A DNA stretch of 64,000 nucleotides from the human T2T-CHM13v2.0 reference genome, Homo sapiens. This document shows positions 12,150 to 24,900 of the stretch, in pieces. The translations under genes and the position numbers were made by a program. Below the pieces are notes generated by a model. That model was not told the DNA's origin. It was given only the letters and a program-made list of their open reading frames with translations, and ran no database searches. The DNA is taken from NCBI RefSeq assembly GCF_009914755.1, contig NC_060928.1. One strand, given 5' to 3'. Within the stretch, counting starts at the first letter, position 1; every line of letters begins with the position of its first letter.

Positions 12150-14330
12150 TCTATAGGTATATTTTGTGCTTACCATGAGGATTGTATAAAAAATTTTATA
12201 ATAAACATTGTGTAATAAAAATATTTTAAAAAATAAATACATAAATAAAATATAAATAAAATAAAAATATAGAATTAAATTATTTTACATAATTAATTAT
12301 AAATAATTATAAATTATAAAAAATAAAGCATAAATAAATAATAAATAAAATTAAAATATTTTAAAATAACAGTCCATTTTAAACCAAAAAAACCTTTAAT
12401 TATATATGAAAACTGTATTTCTTTACATCTCCCATTTCTACTTTATGTTAGTAATATCACTAGTTATATATTTTATCTTGTGTCCCAATTAATATAAATG
12501 TAATGTTACTTTTATGCTTTTCTCTTTTAAATTGCATATCAGAATTAAAATTAACTTGTGCATCAACATTAAAAACTTATGTGACTTTATATTTAATTAT
12601 TTATTTATCTTTACCAGATAGATTTATACTTTTACATTCATTCATTTTGCTACCTAGCCTCCCTCATTTCAACTTGAATAACTCCTTTTTGCTTTTCTTG
12701 TAGAACGGGTGTGGTAATAATTACCTTCTTCAACCTTTTTTTTTAACCTGAGAAAATATTCCATTTTCCATTCTGAATGACAGGTTTGCCAAATGAATGT
12801 CTTGTGTGGTAGGGATTTTTTCTTATTTTTCTTTCAATACTTTGAATATATTATGTCGCTTACTTTTGGTTTAAAAAGATATCCTCTTGTATCTTGTTGA
12901 TATCATGTGAATTCCCTTTTATGTCATGATCCGTTTTTTCTTTTTCTGCTTCCAATATTCTTTGTCTGTGACTTTTGAAAGACTGATTATAATATTTATT
13001 GGTGTAAAATTTTTGAATTGATTTCAGTGTACAGTAGTTGTGTTTTAAAACAATTCTACATCCATATTTTTTCTCAAATTTGGGAAATTTTCTGCCTGCC
13101 ATTAATTCTTTAAATAGACTTTTTGCCTCAATCTTTTCCTCTTGTCCCATGAGGGCTCTCGTAATGCATAACTGGTCTGGTTAACAATGTCCCATAAGTG
13201 TCAGGCTTTCTTCACTTTATTATCATATTCTTTTTGCTCCTCTCCCTTAATAGTTTCAAATGGCCAATATTTTCAAATTCATGAATTATTTTTTCTAGCT
13301 GATCAAGTCATCTATTGAATTTCTCTAGTAAATTTTTCAATTTAGTTTTTGTATTATTTAGCTCCAGAATTTCTATTTGGTTCCTTTCTATACTTTTTAT
13401 GTCTTATTGATACTCTTATTTCATATATGTATTATTTTCCTGGTTTTTAAAAATGTGTCTGTGTTCTTTTAGCTAATAGAGCATCTTTAATTATTTTTGA
13501 AATTTTTGATAGGTATTTAATATATTTTGAATTTTTTGACAAGTAATTAATAGATCTTTGTTCATTCAGGCTTTAAAAAATGTTTATTTTGTTCCTTTAA
13601 ATAGGTCATACTTTCTGGTGTCTGCATGTTTTGCATTTCTTTGTTTAAATTTTGAGATTTAAAGAAACACCCACATCTCCAAGTCTTTATGTACTGGCTT
13701 AGTGTAGGGAAATACCTTCATCTATCACCCCAGCTAGAGATTCTGGGAGCTTGGCAAACGTTTCCAAGAGCTGTATCCTCTCAGGGCTTTTGAATGTAAT
13801 TACCAAGTTAAATAGGATTTTTTTGTTTGTTTGTTTTCAGGATTTTGTAATATTTTGCTTTCCCTCGTGCCATTCTGTAGTAATAGTGCAGCTTTTTTGC
13901 TACTGCTTTAAACTGCCACACTGCCTTTATTCCCAGGCATTCAAAAGCTGTGGTTTCTATAAGTGATTTAAGTTCGGTGACAGAAATCAGACCCTTGGGA
14001 TGTCCCCTAAGGAGCCGGAAAATTAGACCACATTTCACTCTCCTTTCACTCCTGTGGGAAATGTGATGACTAAGGATATTTTTTTCCTGATTGTGTAATG
14101 CTGTACTGGCTAGAGAAGGATCTATAGAGAGTATATGATACAACACTTCTTAAGATATTTCAATAAAATTCTTCTTGGCTTTGCTCTTTTCTGGGGTGCT
14201 GTAATCTTTTCACTGGTTTCTGGGATTATCACCATGGCAATTTGGTCTATATGATGTTGTTAAGTCTCTTTCTGCATGGGGAAACAGGGACAGGGCATTC
14301 TTACTCTGTCACCTTTAAAACAACAATTTT
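12150..14330 (-). mobile_element. Old L1M 5'UTR/ORF1 remnant, with AT-rich low complexity at ~12200-12370
   Basis: ORF 12860-13150 (EKIEAKSLFKELMA...FPK) resembles degenerate L1 ORF1p. Confidence 0.7.
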
Positions 14331-15153
14331 GCCACCACACCATGTGCAAATTTTAAAGACAATGTGATGAAAATATGGGAATTTGCTGTTATTTGCTAGG
14401 TCTAGAAGTGAGATTCTAGGTAATTATTAAAAATTCCTTTGAGATTTCCTTTGTTTGCAATAATTGATATAATTTAAAAAAACAAAAGGTGATATTACCA
14501 GAAAATTTCTGAAATAAGATGAGCTCAAATAGCATTGGTTTGGTGACTTTATATCATTTTTTTGACCTTTGTTGGATACTTAGAATGTGTTATTTAATTT
14601 ATACACTTTAAAATTTATAACACACACCTATAGGATTGTAATTTAATTTGCATCTCATCACACTATGCTCAACCTAAAGTGAACATGGTCCAAAGGTTGG
14701 TTAATAGATTAGTAGTGTGAAATTTAGAATATTTATGCTGGGAGCTTCTTACAGGGAAGACAGAACAAACCTGGGCAGGCTCCTGGTTAGAAATTGCTGG
14801 TTAAGATAGAACATACTAAAACGGCAAGGCCAATTGGATTCTGATTGCAACTGATCTCAAAATTCAATGCCAGATTGATGAAGGAGAGTCTTATGAGCAA
14901 CAGCTATCGAGAGGCAGAGAGTCCCACATACAATGAACGTCCAACCTAAAAAGCTCCAGAGTGTCAGCAGGCTCAACTCCAGAAATGGCTTCCCACCTGT
15001 CACAGCATGTTAATAAATTACTGTGTTTAATTACAGAGAAAAGATGAGGCTTAAAACAGATATAATCAGCTTTTCCTAGATTATAATAATATTGTAAAAG
15101 TCAAAAAACATATCAGTGTAAAAACTTAAGAAACTTTCAAAACAGTAAACAAT

Positions 15154-15169
15154 TTTATTTATATTTATT
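15154..15169 (-). terminator. Probable UGT2A3 polyadenylation signals (two AATAAA), giving a ~1.3 kb 3'UTR
   Basis: tttatt at 15154-15159 and 15164-15169 on +. On - they are followed by the GU-rich GTTTACTGTTTTGAAAGTTT. Other AATAAA hexamers exist in the UTR. Confidence 0.55.
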
Positions 15170-16483
15170 GTATACATACACAAGAAAAATACTTATATTT
15201 ATTTTTATATCATCATTTTAAAATTGAAATTAATTTGTAGATATACCTAATCAACATCTGTAAGAATTTCAAAATTTTCAAAAAGCCAGATAAGCCAATT
15301 TATTTATTTAAAACTATTAATAGGCATATCACTAAGATTATATGACAGTAAAAAAATGAGAAGATTAACATATTTGCTTACTAGTGTAAACATTATTACA
15401 CTATATTTAGCTTTGTGTAGAGCTTTACATATCAAAATATTTAATATATAATACTATTTGTTATGCAGGTTTTCTAATACCTTAAATTTTTACTATGTAA
15501 GCAATTATTTGATGAATTTACAATTCTCAAAGATTGAGACTGAAAAGCAGTTCACTGATCTTACTTTCAGAACAAGCATCTCTTTATTTTTCTACAGTAA
15601 ATTATACTTTTGATTATAGAGATAAGAATTATGAGTATTCATCATTTTTAAAGAATAAACATATAAATCTTCTTTAAGTGTACTATCAAATAAATTTTAT
15701 AAACTCAGTAATTATCACCACATATTTCAAATAGTTACTAATCCCAAAAATATCTGTTCACCTTGAATATCTTACTGACATGTTCTCTATGTGAGAAAAA
15801 AAATAGTTTCTTTTGTTATTTGATGGCAATCATGAGAAAGGTCTTTTTATCATCAAGAAAACAGAAAAAAGTATTGGTTGAGTGATGGCAGAAATGTAGG
15901 CCATGACATCTAGATGAGGTCTATGGAAATACAGCAAACTTTTCTAAGCATAATGCCATGTCATCATTATTAGCAATTTATTTTCTGAGATCACTGATGC
16001 TGGCTATGTAGAAAGGCTTATTTAAATTGAAAAAGAAACATCATTATGTTTCTCATAGCCAGCTAATCTCATAGAACACTTACCTGATTTGTGTGGTTTA
16101 CTGAATTTTGTGAATTTTAAGTTTTTTACCTCTTTATATCCATGTGTTTGGGCGCACACCAGGAATAATCATATTGCATGTCACCCTATCACTTAAGGTT
16201 ATAGAAGTAATGACATCATCAAAACAGTCATATCAGAAATAGGAAAATTTAGATGTATTCATGTCCTTGTGTCACAAAGTGAGAGAAGAGAGTAAAGACA
16301 CCTAGGAAAATACAACGAAAGAATGAGATATACTCACAACCTCATGATCATGGAATTCTAGGCTATATAGCTAAGATAAAATAACAGAATAGATAATATG
16401 AAAATAGCAAGGTTTTCACCAAATTCTATGTGGCTGGAATTAACAGGATTACCCCATCAGGTCTTTCTTGAATTTGGAAAGAT

Positions 16484-16763
16484 CTATTCCCTCTTTTCTA
16501 TCTTTCTAGTTTTATTAAATTTTTGACAGGAAAATAAAAAACATTTTGTGAACAAGAATATAGCAGTTGCCACACAGGTCAGCAGGAACCCAATCACATC
16601 TATAGAGTAGTGCTGGAACCAGGTGAGGTCATGGGCAGCTGATCGCAGGTGCTTGGCTCCTTTGTGGCGCATGACAAACTCGATCCAGAAGACTGCTCGA
16701 TCTAGGGGCTTTACAGGTTGATCATGGTGAATTCTTGATAATCTCATAGCATTCTCTTTATAA
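16484..16763 (-). CDS. UGT2A3: UGT2A3 exon 6, coding part (TM helix and lysine-rich ER tail)
   Basis: 280 nt: [40 protein letters not shown]...KIEKRE*. The six exons sum to 1584 nt = 527 aa + stop. Confidence 0.96.
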
Positions 16764-17216
16764 CTGGAAGGGAAAAACACACATAGAACTTAGAAAGTTG
16801 TAGTTTTGTTTTCATAAAAGACACGTAGATAAACCGTAGTATATGTTATGCAAGCCAAGAACATGTTCAGTAAAAGATTGATTCTGGTTGTGACATGAAT
16901 ATTGTTGGTTACATAGTATTAAACAGATATAGTGGAGAGACTGAAAGAGTATATTCTTAACAAAATGGGGTAAAATTAAGATGTGAATAAAAGCTTAGTA
17001 AGCCAGTTGTTAACTTAAACCTAATATTTCCATGAAGAAAGTTTGACACTCTATGAACTACAATTTCCACAACTATTCCAGTAACAAGGTGATGAATGAC
17101 TCAATATTGTGGAGTAAAATCCCTCAACATGTCTACCAGGATGATATTTAACATTTTCTGGTATAATGTATAACATAGTCAATGTTAGATCAGTCTGTAC
17201 AAGCAGTAGTACTTAC

Positions 17217-17436
17217 GAGGAATCGGTAATGACTGTTCTCAAAGCCCTCAGTAAATCTTCGCTTGTCATAGTTTTGAAGTTTATTTCTACAGCTGCTCCT
17301 TTGGCCTTCATGTGAGCTATGTTATCAAGCTGATCACCAAATATGGGAACTCCCACCATAGGGACCCCATGGTAAATAGCTTCATAGATCCCATTCATTC
17401 CACCATGAGTGATAAAAGCTTTGGTTTTGGGATGAC
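17217..17436 (-). CDS. UGT2A3: UGT2A3 exon 5 (UDP-sugar-binding signature)
   Basis: 220 nt: [38 protein letters not shown]...TVITDS. ctag|GTC ... TC|gtaagt. Confidence 0.96.
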
Positions 17437-17825
17437 CTAGTATGTAAATTGGATGAGAAATGGTGAGATATTTTATTCTAAACTTTTAAAATTATTTAAA
17501 AACTACAGATGGGAATTACGAGATAACTCACTGAAGCGTACAGCACTTTCTTTAGAAGGTGAGCACATGGAGCATTGCTACTAAAGATCATTTCTATCTC
17601 CAGAAAAATAGGCATTAATTCCTTCTGAATTTCCTGTCACTCTCACCTTAACAATAGAAAGTGTGAATCTATACAATTTTAGTCAATCCTTTAATTATAT
17701 CTGCTTCAAAAGAGTAAGTAAAATAAAGTTTTATAATTTTAGATCTTTGCTGAATTTGCTTGCTGTTTAACATTTATTCATTTTTTCCTCATCTAGTTCA
17801 TATTTTTACTTTCTCATAGACCTAC

Positions 17826-17913
17826 CAAGAAGATCATTCTGGGGTATCCAATCATACAGCCGAGTATTGGCTCCTAATGTGGATGGTTTTTTTCCTTTGT
17901 ACCTCCATAACAC
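17826..17913 (-). CDS. UGT2A3: UGT2A3 exon 4
   Basis: 88 nt: [29 protein letters not shown](G), start of the UGT signature. tag|GTG ... TTG|gtaggt. Confidence 0.96.
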
Positions 17914-19298
17914 CTACGGAAGAAACACATGTATTTCACAGAGTGAACCACAGGATATTAGCATTCTAAGGATGTAGATATAGTTATAAATTATAAACTC
18001 ATTGTACTTCAGGTGATGGTTGAGACAGGGGTGTGTAGAGCTACCGCGTAAAGACTGAAAGATATAGTAGGACGTTTTACAAAGATCTTTTAAAATAATG
18101 TGTACCAGTTGCCTATTAGGTATGCTATTATTATTTTATTACCAATTAAAAATATTTGAGAATGAGAATACCAGTGAATATTTAAAAAAATAATTCAGCA
18201 GTGGCTAATCTATTTTTATATAAGAATTAAAAATTTTATAAGTACCTGATCTGTGTGTCATTTTAACTCATGGAGCCAATCTCATTCTACCATCAAATTT
18301 ACAGTTCCCTGCAGATAAAAATTTGCTTTCAATTATGTGTGTCTTTTGGATAATCGGGTGTCTTTTCTTCTCTATTTCCTTCCTGGCCTCTTTCTTCTTA
18401 TATTTAATTGTTTTATTGAAGAAGAATGAGCTAGAAAATTACTTATGTTCCACTGTTCAATGATAAATTTTCTTTGAGATTGTACCTTTTTTTTACACAA
18501 TTTTTCTTTGTTGGACACCTATACAAATTTTATACATTTGAAAACAAAGAACGGCATAGATGTTTCAAACTACTTAACAGATAATTTCATAATTGAAATT
18601 ACAATATTTCAAATTCCTAATTAGTATGCTTGCCTTTATTGAGTTTGAAGTATTTTAGCTAAATATAAAATGAAATATCTTTTGGATAGTTTATATATAG
18701 CACTATCTAAAGTGTGAAATTCTAGAATTACAGTAATAATAAAGTTAAAATTAGTGGAGTATCATAAATAATTACATTACTTAAATAATTGTTACTATAC
18801 TATAATTGTAATTGACATTTTACTTTTGAAACTTCTAATTATTTAGAAAGACTACATTAATCTGAGCTTTTATTTCTAAGCAAAACTACCCTGAATACAG
18901 TTTTTATACACACAAATATGAGAAGATATTCTTGAGATTGATTCTTCTTTTTTTTTTTATATCAGTTTTCCTTTTTCTGGTCCTTTGAAATAATAGATGT
19001 CAGAATTTTTTTTTGGAATCATTGGCACACGCTTTTAGATTTCAAATCCTAAAATATAAGGTAGAGCTTTATTTATTATATCTATTTTATTATAAACAAA
19101 TGACAATCAAGAAAGTTGTTTCCAGTAACAGCAAGACTCAGTAGGCAAATGATCAGTTATGCCCATGTACACTACTATAATGTTTTGCAAATTTTGGTAC
19201 CTGTTATGCTAAGTGGAAAATGAGATTCAAGACCCAAATAAAACCATACTGTTTCATTATGTGAATAGCTGCTTATCAGGATTGGAGGTTTTACTGAC

Positions 19299-19430
19299 CT
19301 TCTGTGGGATCTGGGCAAGGGCTGAAGCAATGATATTAGCCTTTTCTTCTGTAACATTTTGAAACAGTGACCCCAGAGAAAACACCACAATACCATCTTC
19401 CCCTGAACTCTGGACAAAATTTTCCATTTC
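19299..19430 (-). CDS. UGT2A3: UGT2A3 exon 3
   Basis: 132 nt: [44 protein letters not shown]. cag|GAA ... AAG|gtcagt. Confidence 0.96.
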
Positions 19431-21261
19431 CTGAAGATAAAAATTTATCTGCATTACAGAGGCATAATATAACAAAAATTAAAATAAAGGTTACTTACAC
19501 TTCTAAAATAAATACTTGAGAAATTATTAATGTGTAGTTATATTCTGTCCCTATATGCTGACACACAGAACTATCTAGTCTCTTTAAAGGACAGTCTATG
19601 TATAAAACATGTGGCTTAAATACGTAATCATTCATACTAGAAAAGGCGCACAACCAAAACAGTATGCAAAAAGTTTCAGTAATGAGTACATCTCTTTTCA
19701 TGTCTGTGTCACGTAGACACAAAATCCTAAAACCAAAATAATTTGCTAAAATATAAAATTATTATTTGAGGACTGACATCAGCGAGATGGTGGAATAGAA
19801 GACCTCCAGCATCAATCGCTTTTAAAAGTACAACTAGCAACTATTCGAATATAAAAATACCACTCTGAAAGCACCAGAGCTCAGAAGAAAAGTGAAAAAT
19901 CTTATGGGTTCATGGAAATTAAAAAATCCATGACCAGAAAGAAGAAAGATCATTGTGCCACATCACCCCATTCTCCAAACCAAAATAGCATCAGTCACAG
20001 AAAACTTCCCTGTACCTGCAATTACACAGGTGGAAGAAAATAGTTGCAACTGGACATTCAATCTCCATATCAGTGTGTGAATCATTGTGAGAAGCCTTCT
20101 ATGTTCCATCCCACAGGAGGTATTAGGAGTGTCAGAAGGGCTGAACCACCTGAGTTGAATTGGAAGCAAAGAGCAGAAGCACTAATCACAGCAAATGGCA
20201 AACAGATCTTGGCAGATGCTTTGTGGTCCTATCAGCAGGGAATTCACTGATGAGGACCTAGCCAGCACTACAGTAGTACAGGAGGCACAATCCAAGGGAA
20301 GGCTAGAATCTTTGGTTAGATTTTACAAATATCCCAGGTGATCATGCAGAGCATTTCTCTGACTCAGAAACAACTATCAGGTTAGTAACTAAGTTCCAGT
20401 TATTTCTTAAGCCTTCCTCAACTCAGAAATTACTACAGGTTTGGGTTTAAGTTCTGGCACAGCATTATGTTTTCATGGTCATGATAAGTCTTCCCCAGAC
20501 AGGAAAACAACAGCATGGAAGAGATTTAGCTCTACTGCACTATTTAGGTTCTGCTATTAACTACAAGCTCTCCTCAGAACAGAAAGAATCCTCAGGGCAG
20601 TGATTCAGCTCTGATATTAAGCAGTACACACTTAACACCACTGCATATCACCTTAAAAAGCTGAATCAGGTGGTTATCTTTTTAAATATGTAGACATCAA
20701 TATAAAGAGCAAGTATTGTTAAAAAAAAACTGGGAAGTATGACATCTCTAAAATAAACCAATAAAATTTCAATAATGCACCAAAAGTTTTGAAAATGCTT
20801 AAATATCCGACATCAAATTCACAATAATCTCTTTGACAAGTTCAGGAATCACATAAACTATAAATAAAAAAACAAAAGAAACTTGGAAAATAATGCAATC
20901 ATAATATTAGAGAATTGAGGAAGAAATCAGAATAATAAAGAGGAAAGTCTACAACAACGAACACACACATCAAAAAAGTAGAAAGATATCAAATAAACAA
21001 TTTATGATAACATCTCAAGGAATTAGAAAACAAGAACAAGGAAACTCAAAATTATTAGGAAAACAAGATATTTAACAAAGATTAGAGCAGAAATAAATGA
21101 AATAGAAATAAAATACTATATGGAAAATCAGCAAAATATTGAGTTAGTTGTTTGAAGAGATAAAATCGACAAAGCTTTAGCAAGGTAACTGAAAACATAA
21201 CAAAACGAAACAAACCAGAAAAGACACAAATAAAATGGGAGATTACAAAGAGACAAAGCAA

Positions 21262-21536
21262 ATCAGGCATAGAGGCTCATATCTATAAACCCAGCATTTT
21301 CAGAGACAGAGGCTGAAGAATCACTTGAAGCCCAAAGATTGAGAATAGCTTAGTAAGAACCCATCTCTACAAAATTTGAAATAAATTAGCCAGTCTTGAT
21401 GGTGTATGCCTGTCTCAGCTACTCAGGAATTTTGAGGTAGAAGGATTGCTTAAACTCAGGAGTTTGGGTTTCAGTGAGCTATAATAATGTCACCGCACTC
21501 CAGTATGCGTAACAAAGTGACATTTCATCTCTAAAA
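21262..21536 (+). mobile_element. Diverged AluJ
   Basis: Dimeric Alu with J-type features (aggattgcttaaactcaggag, gtgagctataat). Confidence 0.85.
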
Positions 21537-21919
21537 TCTTAAGGATTCTTAAAAAAAAGGAAAAAAATGACACTAGAAATGAAAAGGACTATAAAAGGCT
21601 TCTATGGACATGCATATGCCAATAAATGGAAAAATCTAGGAAAATAAACAATTTAGTGGACACATAAAATAGGACTGGATTATGAAGAAATAAAAACAAG
21701 GAGAAATAAATAATGAAGAAGAAGTTTAAATCAGTAATAAAGTCTCATTAAAAAAGCCAGTGAGCTAAGGTCTTCACTATGAAATTCAACAAAATTTAAA
21801 GAATAATTAATAACACTTTTTCTCACTCTTCCAAACCATCAAAAAGTCAAAAAGGCAAAAACACTTCAGTATCATCTTGTGAGGCTAGCATTACCCTGAT
21901 CCCACACCAGACAAGGAGG

Positions 21920-21937
21920 TGTGTATGTATGTATGTG

Positions 21938-21982
<45 letters not shown>
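21920..21982. repeat. (TATG)n/(TA)n microsatellite
   Basis: About 20 perfect TA units directly upstream of the L1PA. Confidence 0.95.
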
Positions 21983-21985
<3 letters not shown>

Positions 21986-21992
21986 TAATATA

Positions 21993-24900
21993 TTTGCTTC
22001 CAGAGGAAGAATCCGGCAGCAATATTTGCTGTTCTGCAGTATTTGCTGTTCTGCAGCCTCTTCTGGTGATACCAGGCAAACAGGGTCTGGAGTGGACCTC
22101 CAGCAAACTCCAACAGACCTGAAGCTGAGGGACCTGGGTGTTAGAAGGAAAACTAACAAACAGAAAGAAATAACATCAAAATCAATAAAAAGGACATCCA
22201 CACCAAAACCCCATCTGTAGGTCACCAACATCAAAGACCAAAGGTAGATAAAACCACAAAGATGGAGAGAAACCAGAGCAGAAAAGCTGAATGTTCTAAA
22301 AAGCAGAGCGCCACTACTCCTCCAAAGGATTGCAGCTCCTCACCAGCAATGGATCAAAGCTGGATGGAGAATGACTTTGATGAGCTGACAGAAGTAGACT
22401 TCAGAAAGTCTGTAATAACAAACTTCTCTGAGCTAAAGGAGCATGTTCTAACCCATCGCAAGGAAGACAAAAGCCTTGAGAAAAGGTTAGACAAATGGCT
22501 AACTAGAATAAACAGTGTAGAGAAGACCTTAAATGACCTGATGGAGCTGAAAACCATAGCATGAGAACGTCATGACACATGCGCAAGCTTCAATAGCCGA
22601 TTTGATCAGTTGGAAAAAAAGATATCAGTGATTGAAGATCAAATTAATGAAATAAAGCAAGAAGACAAGTTTAGGGAAAAAAGTGTAAAAAGAAAGGAAC
22701 AAAGCCTCCAAGAAATATGGGACTATGTAAAAAGACCAAATATATGTTTGATTGGTGTACCTGAATGTGATGGAGAGAATGGAACCAAGTTAGAAAACAC
22801 TCTTCAGTATATTATCCAGGAGAACTTTCCCAACCTAGCGAGGCAGGCCAACATTCAAATTCAGGAAATACAGAGAACACCACAAAGATATTCCTTGAGA
22901 AGACCAACTCCAAGACACATAATTGTCAGATTCACTAAGGTTGAAATGAAGGAAAAAATGCTAAAAGCAGCCAGAGAGAAAGGTCAGGTTACCGACAAAG
23001 GAAAGCCCATCAGACAAACAGTGGATCTCTCAGCAAACCCTACAAGCCAGAAGAGAGTGGGGGCCAATATTCAACATTCTTAAAGGAAAGAATTTTCAAC
23101 CCAGAATCAGATATCCAGCCAAATTAAGTTTCATAAGTGAAGAAGAAATGAAATCCTTTACAGACAAGCAAATGCTGAGAGATTTTGTCACCACCAGGCC
23201 TGCCTTACAAGAGCTCCCGAAGGAAGCACTTAACATGGAAAAGAACAACTGGTACCAGCCACTGCAAAAACATGCCAAATTGTAAAGACCATCAATGCTA
23301 TGAAGAAACTGCTTCAATTAATGGGCAAAATAATCAGCTAACATCACAATGACAGGATCAAATTCACACATAACAATATTAACCTAAAATGTAAATGAGC
23401 TAAATGGCCCAATTAAGAGACACAGACTGGCAAATTGTATAAAGAGTCAAGAACCATCAGTATGTTGTATTCAGGGGACCCATCTCACATACAGAGACAC
23501 ACATAGACACAAAATAAAGTGATAAAGGAAGATCTACGAAGTAAATGGAAAGCAAAAAAAAAAAAAAAAAAAAAAAGCAGAGGTTGCAATCCTAGTCACT
23601 GATAAAACAGGCTTTAAACCAACAAAGATCAAAAGAGACAAAGAAGGTCATTACATAATGGTAAAGGGATCAATTCAACAAGAAGAGCTAACTATCCTAA
23701 ATAGATATGCACCCAATACAGGAGCACCCAGATTCATAAAGCAAGTCCTGAGAGACCGACAAAGAGACATACAATAATAATGGGAGACTTTAACACCCCA
23801 CTGTCGTTATTAGAAAGATCAAGGAGACAGAAGGTTAACACGGATATCCAGGACTTGAACTCAGCTCTGCTCCAAGCAGACCTAGTAGACATTTACTAAA
23901 CTCTCCACCCCAAATCAACAGCATATACATTCTTCTCAGGACCACATCATACTTATTCTAAAATTGACCACATAATTGGAAGTAAAACACTCCTTAGCAA
24001 ATGTAAAAGAACAGAAATCACAACAGTCTCTCAGACCACTGTGTAATCAAATTAGAACTCAGGATTAAGAAACTCACTCAAAACTGCACAACTACATAGA
24101 AACTGAGTAACCTGCATCTGAATGACTGCCAGAGAAATAATAAAATGAAGGCAAAAATAAAGATGTTCTTTGAAACCAATGAGAACAAAGATACGAAGTA
24201 CTAGAATCTCTGGGACACATTTAAATCAGTGTGTAAAGGGAAATTTATATCACTGAATGCCCAGAAGAGAAAGCAGGAAAAATCTAAAATCGACACCCTA
24301 ACATCACAATTAATAGAACCAGAGAAGCAAGAACAAATACATTCAAAAGCAGGTAGAAGACAAGAATTAACTAAGATCAGAGCAGAACTGAAGGAGATAG
24401 GGACACGAAAAACCCTTCAACAAATCAATGAATCCAGGAGCTGGTTGTTTGAAAAGATCAACAAAATAAATAGACCACTAGCAAGACAAATAAAGAATAA
24501 AATAGAGAAAAATCAAATAGACACAATAAAAATGATAAAGAGGATATCACCACTGTTCACACAGAAATACAAACTACCGTCAGAGAATATTATAAACACC
24601 TGTATGCAAATAAACTAGAGAATCTAAAGAAACGGATGAATTCCTGGACACATACACCATCCCAAGACTAAACCAAGAAAAGTTTGAATCTCTGAATGGA
24701 ACAATAACAGCCTCAGAAATTGAGGCAATAATATCCTACAAACCAAAAAAAGTCCTGGACCAGATGGATTCACAGCTGAATTATATCAGAGGTACAAATA
24801 GGAGCTGGTACCATTCCTTCTGAAACCATTCCAATCAATAGAAAAAGAGAGAATCCTCCCTAACTCATGTTATGAGGCCAGCATCGTCCTGATACCAAAG

